DNA of 64,000 bases from Yuukianura sp. NJ FZ-2021 (Eukaryota), in the NCBI GenBank assembly GCA_046563655.1, contig CM102288.1:124001-188000 (forward strand), read 5' to 3'. The notes below the pieces were generated by a model. That model saw only the letters and a program-made list of their open reading frames with translations. It was not told the DNA's origin and did no database searches. The first letter of the stretch is position 1; each line of letters opens with the position of its first letter. This document shows, in pieces, positions 30,028 to 41,272 of the stretch. Position numbers and translations under genes: made by a program.

Positions 30028-32614
30028 TTAAGGTTCGGGTTTTGGTTGAGGAGCTGCTACTGGCTTTTCCTTTTTAGGTTTTCCGGGATTTCCAGCATTA
30101 GGTTTTCCGGTGTTGGGTTTTCCAGCGTTTGCTTTTCCTTTGGTCGCTTGTTTTTTGGAACCAGGAGCTGCTGCTTCGGGTTCCTTCCCCTGCTGCCCAC
30201 TGAATTTAATTTTCAGCTTCTTGATCATCTCTGCGTCCAATTTCGCAAACAGAGGAGCCGGCTAAACAAAGTGAAAAGGAAAACCGTTGAAATTACCGCA
30301 GTTCGAACAATTCGGCTAAAAATCAAAGTGTAACAATTGAGCAGTGAAACTAACCTTTCCAATGACATGGCCTTCTGGAACTATTGGTTGGAGCGTAAGA
30401 GTCAAAATTGGATGTTGGACATTGAGTTGCTGCCGAATAGTTTTTGCAACTGTTGGCATAAATGGTTCCAGCAGAGTTGACAATAAAAACACAATTTGAA
30501 CACCCACGCCACAAATCGTGCTGCATCGAACCATACTGTCACAAACAAATCATTTAGAAACGCTGTTGAAGTGCTTTATTCTACTGAAAATGAATTCCAC
30601 TTACTCTTCCGGATTCTTGTTTAGAGTCCATGGCTTGTTAGCCTGGAAATACTGGTTCCCAATTTTGGAAATTGCAAGGATCTGTCGTAGTCCATCTTTC
30701 AACTTACAATGATCCAAAAGCTGAACATATTCCTTGATTTCTCGATTTATTTCTGCTACAACTGCATAGTCCTCTTCAAGTAGTTCCATCTTCGGAACGG
30801 TATTGGAGAAGAACTTCTCAATGAAGGTCAATGATCTAAAAAATCAAACGAGATTCGACATTTCATCTATACGAAATACTTACAACAGCCCCAATTTTTT
30901 TTTCTTGAAAAACTAAGCCCTACCTGTTGACGAAATTGCCCAAGTTATTGAGCAGCTCAGAATTATTTTTGAGCATGAAATCATCCCACGAGAACGCAGA
31001 GTCTTGATTTTCTGGACGAATGAAAAGTAAGTAAAATCTCCAGATATCAGCAGGAATTCCTACAAAATCAAAAAAAAAATCGATGCAATGAACTTTTCAG
31101 TTTTTTTTTAAAATATGATTCCGGCTTACCGCTTTCCGTCGCATCGTTTCCGAAAACTCCAACGCCTCTACTCTTTGAAAACTTGCCGTCTTCATAGTTG
31201 AGGTACTCTGTTGACACGATGTGCTTGACAAGTGTCCAAGGCTGGTGAGTGCCCTTAAGGGACGCTGGGAACAGAATTGCATGGAAAGGGACGTTGTCCT
31301 TGGCCATGAACTGGTAGTACTCAATGTCGCTCTCTGGATTGATCCACCACTGTTCCCATTGTGGCGTGTATGTCGCCGTCATGGAAATGTAGCCAATGGG
31401 AGCATCGAACCAGACGTAGAACACTTTGTCGCTGTACTTTTCAATTGGGACTGGAGTACCCCACTTGAGATCACGCGTGATGCAGCGTTCCTTCAACCCT
31501 TCTCGTATCCAACTCTTCGCGATGACTTTGGCATTTGACGTCCATCCCTCACTAGCTTTTTCCAGCCATTCTTCTAAGCCCTCCTTCTCTTCCAGTTTTG
31601 GCAAATCCAGGAAAAACTAAAACATTACAAAGAAAGACTAAAAAGTGAAAAGAAAACTTGTACCTTTGCGGTTTTACCTGTTCGCTTTCTCGGATAATGA
31701 CGTTACTGGAGTTGCAAACTTTGCAACGTGGATTGAGAAGTTCCGTGGAGTTAGTGAGTCGACCACATTTGTCACACTGGTCACCTCGAGCATCTTCGTA
31801 CTTACATGCTGGACAAGTACCTTCAACAAACCTATCCGAAAGGAATCGTTGACAGGGCTCGCAAAACAACTGCTGCACAGACATTTCCTTTAAGTATTCA
31901 TTCTTATGCAGCTTCGTAAATATCGCTTGGCCGATTCTAAAGAAAGAGAAGAGGAAAATGCCTATCACAAAATGAAAGTGGCAATAAGAATGTCGTTGTT
32001 TTTGTTACTCAGTTTGTTGTTTCGTGGTCGTTCGTCCGAAATGGTCAAATGAAATATTGAACCACTTGTAGATTTCGGCGTGGAGACGATGATACTTGTC
32101 ACAAATTTCTTGCGGCGTTATTTTTTCCTCCAGTGCCTTCGTTTCCGTTGCAGTCCCGTATTCATCTGTTCCACAGATGTAGAGAGTATTTCTTCCTTTC
32201 AGCCGGCAGAATCTAAGTCAGATTTCAAATTATGTGCCGATTATAACGGTAAAATGAGTAATTCCAGGACCAGAATCCGGAATGGAATTCCTCCAAATAT
32301 TTTGGATGTTACCGTGCAAAAACATCCGCTGACAGAACGCATCCGATGATGTTACCCAAGTGAGGCACATTGTTGACGTAGGGCAATGCTGAAGTGATGA
32401 AATAGTTTTTCTCATTTGCTGCTGGCAAACTAATTCAATTAAAGAGAGGTTAATTTAGCCATAACCCGGATGTAAAATAAATTGTGTACAACAGGTCAAC
32501 AGGCACTTACATCTCTGCATTGTCCTGGTTCCTCAGCGAGCCGGTACATAAAGGGCCGCTCCAGCCAGTCTTCGCATCTTCAATTTCCGTGGGGGACACA
32601 CCGTCGTCTGCCAT
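30028..32614 (-). CDS. MARS1: Cytoplasmic-type methionyl-tRNA synthetase, short form
   Basis: [25 protein letters not shown] (HIGH motif), zinc knuckle [21 protein letters not shown] motif, anticodon-binding helices. Confidence 0.95.
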
Positions 32615-33051
32615 TCCTAAGAATGTTAGATAAATAACGAAACACCGCTGCTAAGTACTAATTAGATTAACGTTAACGGAACGAGTTTGATCGAATGAAT
32701 GATGACATAATGATCAGTTCACCGAAAAAGTATGCGTCACATGCGTGCGTGTACCGACCCCCAACATTTTTTTCCTTTGAAAAATTGAAACAAGATTTGG
32801 CGCCATTTGGTTTTAATGAATTCTTCCTTATCACTTGAAACAGCTGGAGTTGTTTAGATTTTGTCATCAAGACTTTCGTTAATTTTACATTAATTTAGAC
32901 TCATCAAATTAATCGTTGGGGTGTATAGTGGAACACGTTGACTTACATTACAGGGAAGGAGCCAAGATACACGAAGGAAGGAAAGACTTTAAAGTCAAGA
33001 TCAAGCCGAACTGTGGAAGGTCAAGGTTGAACTGTTAAATCTGCAAACTAA

Positions 33052-33703
33052 ATGAGTGGGGATGCAGCAGGGCGTTACGCCCTTCTTGGAACTGGGCCTT
33101 CCAGTGCCCGTGGACGAGGACTTGGTGACATGGGGACTGTTGGATGGGGGTCGGATGCTGACACTGACGAAACAGAATCCACTAGAAACTACTCAGTCCC
33201 TCAACTACGGCAACAGCAGTATGCTGCTATCGAGGGTAACAACTTTCCACTACGATCATACTTTCATAAATTGTAATTTTACTTATAATCCTTGAATGTT
33301 TTGCATTTGAATTTCCAGAGCAAGATAGAGGTTTAGAGGCGCTGTCTGAAGTCATATCTCGACAAAAGAAACTGGCCACAGTTATCGGTGATGAAGTAGA
33401 CTACCAGAATGGTATGCACTCATTTATACATCAATTGATTGTAATAAGAACGGCGTTTATATATCGTTCTTTTTAAACAGAGCTCATAGAAGACATAACA
33501 GATCATGTTGACAGGACCAGAGATCGACTCGTGGGTGAAACCGGACGAGTACGAACATTAGATCGGAAAGACAATACGTGTGGTCAGTGATTCGTTAAAT
33601 TTAATTCAACAACTTACTTTATGTACATGGTGGTATAATTTCAGGGTACTGGATGGTGATTCTACTTCTTCTCATTGTAATCGTCATAATCTCGGCCATC
33701 TGA
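33052..33703 (+). CDS. STX8: Syntaxin-8-like Qc-SNARE, short form (4 exons)
   Basis: QLRQQQ...EQDRGLEALSEVISRQKKLATVIGDEVDYQNELIEDI...TCGYWMVILLLLIVIVIISAI*. Confidence 0.85.
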
Positions 33704-33942
33704 GCTTAATCAGTGATGGTCCTCACATTCAGAACCACCGAAACATAAAATCAAACCAACCACGCCAGATTCCTCCACTTTGACGCGTTTTATTTCTAAA
33801 ATCTCTTGGAAATATTCATTTTTGGAACGATAAAATAAACTTAAGACTATTTTGGTGATTAGTTTATCGCAGATCATAATTTCATACTTCTCTGTTCATC
33901 TTCATCAGGTAGTACTTGCGAGGTGAATCATTTTTAAGAGAT

Positions 33943-36379
33943 TTAACTCGTAGTATATCCATCAGACAGCAGTGGTTGCCGATCATCATCGTCATCTAAC
34001 GTTACTCGATGTGGTCTGCCGTAAAACCAAAAATCAAAATATGCTGGCACAATTGGATTTTGTACTATATAACTTACAATTGTTTTTTGATTCCTTCCTC
34101 CAAAGAAGCATCTCGAGGATCTCGATTCCAACTTTGTTCTTCTCCAGAACCAAAGATGAGATAAAACAAGTTATCCGAAATAAGGACGACAGCGCAGATG
34201 ACGAAAATCAGTCTCCAGTTATCCACCGAGCTCTAAAACGTCACATCAAAAAGTCAATTTTAAAACTTCAGTTCTTGAGCAGCAGGTTTCAGTTGAACTG
34301 CTTCTATCTAGAACTGTATTCAAGTATTTTGAACTTACGCCATCCCGAATAATTACTCCAGCCACATAAGGCGCAGCGATTCCCATCAAATTTGCAAAAC
34401 CTTTAAAAAAACGCGCAATGAATCAACAACAATCCAAATTGTTCAAAGTTAAAAGTGAATTCTCAAAGTAACTGACCGTTGGTAACTCCCATCATAACGC
34501 CTGCGTGGTTCGAAGCAATATCGATCTGCAAATTCAGATAAAAGATTTTTCAAATGAATTCTACCCAATTTAAAATGGTTTTTGGAGTTAAGAACTAACG
34601 TGATTGATTTGAAAAGAGGCGTTTCCAGCACCGTTGAGACCAATACTAATTGTGATGAGGACAACGGCAAGGACGCGGTCGCATCCGGAATAGGCCATTC
34701 CAAGAAGAAACACTGCAGAGGCAAAGTGTCCTAAAAACAAAAGAATCGATTAAGACCTAGAAAAATGATCCATTACCTCAAAATTATTAGAGTTTTAGAG
34801 TTTTACCAATTGTCACGAACAGTTTTCTAACTGTGGTTGTCGTTGCAATGTGGTTCTCTCGTAGATAGTCTGCGTAATAACAGCAAACCATTCCGAAAAG
34901 CGTCATAGCAAGATAAGGCACTGCACTGATGAATCCATTCTACAATTTTAAAGCAAAAGTTAAATACTTACAGTAATCAATCATTTTGCCTTGTCCAGCA
35001 TTTAAAGTAAGCTTACGTACCGATTTCATGTCAAAATGAAGTATATTTTTGAGGTATGTAGGTAACCCTGTGAGAAGAGTGTACAGGCCCCTGCGGAAAA
35101 TCATGTAATTTGACATTAATTGAGAACTAGACAGAAGATTTGTCAAAACCTATGGAACTTACCATCCGTGACCTGTCTGAACGACTAGAATTGCAATGAC
35201 TGGCATGGAGGTTAACATTTTCCTCCAAGGAGTAGGTACTTTGTGCTGTTTCAAAATAAACGATAACTTAGTCACTTTTTTCATCACAATGCAACCTTGA
35301 GACTTAAATTTCGGGACTGACCTTTGACATTTGAAGGCCGATGGAATGTTGAATGTAGGACAGTTCCTTGGGTTCGATACGTGGATGTCCTTTGGGCGTA
35401 TCAAACACAAAGAAACACCAAGCGATGAACCAAACGATTCCAGCGATCCCCATCACGTAAAAAACGGACGGCCATCCTCCCATGAAATTGGAACTAATCA
35501 AGTATCCGCACAGCGGTAGCGTTATCACAGTTCCAGCTTGACATCCCAAGTAAATGAAAGCTCCAATTTTACTTCGTTCCAAAGGCGGCACCCATCTTGC
35601 GAGAATTGCGTGCATTGATGGGTTGGTGATTCCCTGAAAAACAAAGATTCAAATGTTTGCAACTGGAGGCATAAAACAGAACAATCAAAATGGACAAAAT
35701 TGAGGTCACCTCTCCTAATCCTTGAATTATTCGACAGACAATAAGGACTCCTTTGCCTGACCTGGCTGCTAGAGGGGTCAGAAGTGAAAAAATAGCTGTA
35801 ACGAGCATTCCAATGCCGAAAGGCCACTTTCCACCGACTCTTTGAGCAAGCATTCCACCAGGCACTTGAAGGACGACGTATCCCCAAAAAAAGGAACCCA
35901 GAATAATCCCTTGGTCTTCTCCGTTCCAATCAAATTCTCCTGGAGAGTCTGTGTGTGAAGGCACATCGTCAATACTGCTCAAACTGTTGCTTTTCAGTAA
36001 GGCTGGACACACATCAGAGACATTGGATGTCGTAGATGAACTGTTAGATCCAGTCATTGCAACAATTGCTATTGACAGGTTCACCCGCATTCCATAGGAT
36101 ACAGCAAATCCCAGGAAACCCAGAATTGCCAATGTGTGTCTCGTACCCCAGCCATCTGAAAGTTTCAAATTGGATTAAAAATACTGGCGTAGAACACAAT
36201 GTTGTAGGTAGAACAGAAAAATGGTTACCAGGTTTCGAGGGAGAAACGTCATGAACAGCAGAGTAATCGACGGAGGTACTGGTTGATGGCTGGCCATCTC
36301 CTCGGCTGACTGAGTTCAGGACGTCGTCATGGGCGTTGATAACTGCATCTTCCGAACTTGACCTTTTCCGCCATACCAT
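33943..36379 (-). CDS. SLC17/sialin-like MFS anion or phosphate cotransporter
   Basis: RVNLSIAIVAM, QGIILGSFFWGY, QVPGG, RIIQGLGEG, WVPPLERS, GWPSVFY, LLTGLPTY. Confidence 0.93.
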
Positions 36380-36544
36380 CTTTAGAGGTCAAGGTCAGCG
36401 TCAAGAATGAGAAGACGAGACCTCAAACAAGCTCTTGTCGCCAGTTTGAAATATTCAATTTTTATGGATGTACAGCTTCTGTAAAATGAAAATCGTAGCT
36501 TTGTAGAAAAACTACTGATTTAATTTTTATTTTAAATTCATAAT

Positions 36545-37244
36545 TATGATTAGGTCGTTTGGATCTCCGCTCTCGCAGACTTTTTTTCTTTTTGTTTAGC
36601 CGTCGGCACTTTTCACACCTTGCGCTCAGCTCTTTCGCAGACATGATCCATTTAGCTTTAACTTACACGAAATTACGTTTAAACCTAATTTAATTAAATT
36701 TTACGTGAATTCGTTACAATGTGTCGTACGTTGGTGTAGCATGGAAAGGTTTTACCTGGGGAATTTAGTACGAATGTAGAGTTACCAATTAAGAGTAGTA
36801 CGCCTTTCTCTAAAATAAGTTTACAAATTTTCGCATTAGAAAGAAAGTAGAATAAGAAATGCACGATGAGTGAGAGAATTCCTTTCAACGTCCATTCACA
36901 AAAGTGGACTAAAGAAAGGTTGTAGTGCAGGTAGCATGATCTTACAAGTTAAAAGTCATAAACAATCTGATTTAATGTTGTAAAAATAAACGAGGAAAGA
37001 ATGTGTACACTCATCGAAGTATTTTTTTTCTTATCCAATTTCTGCGAAAAGGTTCAGCTATTTTTTCAACTACAGTTATTTCACGTAAATTTTACTTAAA
37101 TTACGTTTAAACGTAATTTGGTGTAAGTTAAAGCTAAATGGATCATGTCTGCGAAAGAGCTGAGCGCAAGGTGTGAAAAGTGGCGACGGCTAAACAAAAA
37201 GAAAAAAAGTCTGCGAGAGCGGAGATCCAAACGACCTAATCATA
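36545..37244. mobile_element. Non-autonomous DNA transposon, 700 bp, about 165-bp TIRs, 8-bp TSD
   Basis: TIRs 36545-36709 and 37080-37244 nearly identical (TATGATTAGGTCGTTTGG...); TSD TTCATAAT at 36537-44 and 37245-52. Confidence 0.9.
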
Positions 37245-37542
37245 TTCATAATGTAAAAACAACTGTTGATTTATGCAATTTTTTTTCTACAGCTGATTTC
37301 GTCTTCCGCAGTGGGTGTTTTTATTGTTCTCAAATTTCAAAATTACGCCCCCACCCTTGCAATCGAACGGCGGGAACGAAATTTTGTTTTGAATTCTACA
37401 CGCGACTTTTCAATTTCAAAAAAAAAAAAATTTGCTTTGCTTTTGTTAATTTTTCAGTTTTTAACGAGAAACGAGAAAGTGAAGGTTGTTGACGAATTAA
37501 TTGGATCTGTAATTGATTAGTGGAGTTCTACAGGTACTACAA

Positions 37543-38931
37543 ATGGTAAGTATGGAAGTTGACGAGGCGAACATACGTTCAACCAACGTGGAAAAAGCTC
37601 TAGAGGTGGATTATGATCTCGGCAACTTGATGGTTACAGATCCCAATGAGATTCAAATCAAAACGTTAAAGTAAGTTTACAAACATTTCATTTGTAACTG
37701 GTTCTACTAATTAGTCTGGGGTGACTGATTTAATAGTGTTTGATTTTGGAATTCCAGGCACAATCCTTCGGAATACTTAAAAACCCTAGCTCGTGACAAC
37801 ACACAGCTGCTTTTCAATAAGATTTGGACACTACCGTTTGAGCGTGTGGATGACGTCGTCATTACAAAATTGCCACCTTCCAAGTATGTACTTCCCAGGG
37901 AGAAACCAGTACCTAAAGCCAAACAACCCACAAAATGGGAACAGTATGCCAAGGACAAAGGAATCGTCAAAAGAAAGAAGACTAAACTTGTTTGGGATGA
38001 AATTGTTAACGTATGTTAAGAGAAGAATTTAAAATAGAGAAGTTATGGAAAGCTTTCTAATAATGATGCTTCGATGCTTGGTTCATTTCCAATATAGGCT
38101 TGGGTTCCACGGTTTGGCTACAAGCGAGCTGTAGCAGAACACGAGAAAGATTGGATTCTGGAAGTGCCGCAGAATGCTGACCCGTATGAAGATCAGTTTG
38201 AGAAAAAAACAGAAGCCAAATCAGAACGAGTTGCCAAGAATGAGCTGCAGCGTCTTAAAAACATTGCACGAACCAGGAAAGTTCAGCTACCGTCTACCGG
38301 TTTGGTACCCAAGGAACGTCAATCCAAAACTGAGGTGACCATATTTCACTTCCCACTAAACTTTCAAGTTTCCTCAACGGTTTTTTTTTCTGATTAGCTT
38401 CATCAAGCAATGCATGTGGCGAAGAAAGCGACTGCTTCCGTGGGGAAATTCCAGGAAAAACTTCCGAAGGAGAAACCTTTGAAGAAGACGGGGAAGAAAC
38501 GTCAGTTTGACTCTGTCACTCAAAGTGCTGATACCGAAAAATCCAAGAGCATGGGAGTCCTTGAGTCGATTTTAAATAAAAAGCCGAAGATCAACATTGA
38601 GAAAGCCGTAACGAAGGAATTACGGCGTGATCCAGTCGAGTAAGTTTTTTCTCTTATTCAAATTCCGCAAGTTTACGTTGAATGAGTAATCGAACCTTAT
38701 TTCCCCACAATTAGCACCGGAGATGATGACGGTGGCCATGGAAAAGGAACCAAACGAAGGCGCAACGTTTCTAAGAAACCTGTTCGTGGTGGAGGCGGTA
38801 AAGGCGGAGGTGGTAAATTTGGTGGTGGAGGCGGTAAATTCGGAGGCGGTAAAGGTGGAGCTCCCAAGAAAGGTGCATTTGCTAAAGGACCTTCATCTGC
38901 TCGCTCAAAACCGAAACGCAAGAAGCACTGA
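37543..38931 (+). CDS. RRS1: Ribosome biogenesis regulatory protein RRS1
   Basis: [74 protein letters not shown]. Start could instead be the in-frame ATG at 37552. Confidence 0.95.
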
Positions 38932-39096
38932 TCAGAAATCTTGATTTCCTCTTTCAACTTGACTCCGTAAACTACTTGTAAGCAAAAACCAACGACAATT
39001 CGTATTTTAGAACATTAAAAGTCTTCACTTTCCGTTAAATTTCAGCCCTTTTGAACAGTTTTTTCTTCCAGCACCAACGTATGGTTTTCATTTCCG

Positions 39097-39979
39097 TTAA
39101 TTTTGAAAAACATAACCTAGGAGAATAGTTCCAGTAAAGTGAAAAAGAATGACAAGGGGGACAAGTTGATGCTGCGACTGAGCTGTGTCGATGCCCGGAT
39201 GTTGCGCCTGGAAACACTTCCCTTTACCTTCACTCTGGATGTCCTCCGTGGGGTTACACACTCGACACCTTTTGGCACCGTCAGGCTGTCCCACGCAGAA
39301 CGACGGTCTGGCTGCATCCAGGTTATCGCATGGAATTGAACAGAAACCGAGCCACGGCACGTTCCACTGGCAAATGCTGTCCACTTTGGCTCTGCACTCT
39401 TCCACATTCTCCTCCGCCTGAGTCAGTGGAACCTCCTTCTTCACTCGAACAGAGTCAATCTGAATGAGGTCATCGTTCTGGAAGTCTTTCACGTCAAACA
39501 GTCTCAGCGTAGAGCCTAATCAAGTACAAATTCAATTCATTTCAATTTTTACTTGATTCAAATTGAAACTTACGACAAACACACTTGGAGATGCTGCGGT
39601 GACACTCCAGCATCCGCTTGGGGTTGCAGATCCGTCTGCCCGGCATACTTCCGTTTTCGGCCTCTGCTCTCCACCGTTCCCACAGTTCTGCCACAAGACG
39701 CATGCGAGCGGAGTTTTCAGTGCCGTTGAGGAAAGCCTGCTGCATCTCCTGGAGGAAGTCGACTTCCGCTTGTGGGTCGCATGTGTCGCCCATGTTGAGG
39801 AAGTTCTGCTGCTGCGCAGTGGCGTTGTCCCCAGTGGGGTACTCGGAGAACTTCGCATAGTGGTTCTTGAGTACTTCGTCACAGTCGGTTGGGCCACGGT
39901 ACAATGGATTCTGATCAAGACCTTCAAACCCCATCACACTTTTCACAAAAACAATCACAACCAAAACTGTCAAGGTCAT
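39097..39979 (-). CDS. Secreted or membrane-anchored Cys-rich protein (2 exons)
   Basis: Hydrophobic N-terminus, many Cys (CNPKRMLEC...CVC), hydrophobic C-terminal tail (TM or GPI signal). Confidence 0.65.
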
Positions 39980-40193
39980 CTTTTAGCTTCCCAATTCAAA
40001 TATGAAACTATAAAGTTCATGCTTGTTTTGAAATAAGAAACTTCCTTTACACTGTTTCTGGGGCAAAAAACGTTTTTGTACATTTTTTGTCAAAATATTC
40101 TTTAAAAAAAAATTTTTTTTTGTGATTTTTGGGAGTACAAGGCGCCCCAATTTCTATTTTCTTCGGGAGCTTGACTCAAAATTTAAAACAAAG

Positions 40194-40782
40194 TCATTTT
40201 CTTCTTGCACTGGAACGTTTAGATTTCGTTGTTTGTTTATGTCGCTTCTGGATGTCGGTGGATTCCAGCGTTAGCTGAGGATGATATGGATAGACGACTG
40301 TTCCCTCGCTCGGCAGCACTCCCGATGTCGCCGACCCTCCTTCGTCACTAGTACTGTCGTCGTCTCGGCGTATACAGCATCGTCCGCACCATGTCTTTCT
40401 CCAGCTAAAAACAAATGCTAAACCGAACTCGTTTTCTAGAAAAGTTAAAATTGAAGTTGTAAAAACTTACAAACGAGCACAACGGGATTCCCGAGGCGGA
40501 ACAAATCTTTCGACTGGCTTTCCATCTTCAGTGTCAGCAAACACTCCGCTTTGCATCTTATTTCGCAGTACAGGCGACATTTCACTCATGACATTCGGAT
40601 CAAAGTCGGGATCTGCTTCGGATTCTCGTAACTCTCTTCCTTTAGTTGACACGATGACACTCTCCGCTCTACAAGTATTACAACATCACCAACCCTTAAA
40701 AGCCTCCAAATCAATTTTTTTTTCAAAATTTTGAACAATTTCCAAATTACCTGTTACGGATTTCATTATTATTTACTTTCAT
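40194..40782 (-). CDS. Small orphan protein, 146 aa; exons 40782-40751, 40668-40471, 40404-40194
   Basis: Three exons join in frame through canonical GT-AG introns: MKVNNNEIRNR|AESV...RCARF|WRKTWCGRCC...KRSSARRK*. Confidence 0.6.
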
Positions 40783-41272
40783 TCTCAACGATTACGACCC
40801 ACTTGCATTCTAAAACGGAAATGTCGCCGGAGCACAATCCGAAATCCGATTTTTTTTTCATTTCAAAACTACACATTTTGTTGAACTCAAATTTCAACAG
40901 TTTTCACTTGATCGTCACAGGAACAATGCTAAAACGCTGCAAAAAGAGCTCTAAAATGTACGAAAATAAAATCTATTGAAACTTGATGCGGAACTGAATA
41001 ATTTATTGTTACTGTGTAATTCTACAAAAGTAGATAGAGCTTCCCACTACTACCAGAAGCTCTCCGAAGTATTTAAATAGTAAACCCTGCACTTAACTTT
41101 TCTTGAAAACTGTGAAAATGTAGTACCCTACTGCTTACATTTTGAAAATAATTTCTTACGTGGAATTACCTAAAGTTCATTAACTAACCGGATTAATATC
41201 AAGAGATTCCAGAGGCACGACCTCTCCTTTGTACCAAGCACAGAAGTGGTAGAATTAGAAATATGTCGTGGA

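Noticed and set aside
36462..37492. Twin ORFs beginning MSAKELSARCEK on opposite strands
   Set aside because: They are mirror-image readings of the transposon TIRs, with no transposase motifs.
38760..38931. Gly/Lys repeat tail on RRS1
   Set aside because: Low-complexity basic tails are common in nucleolar proteins.
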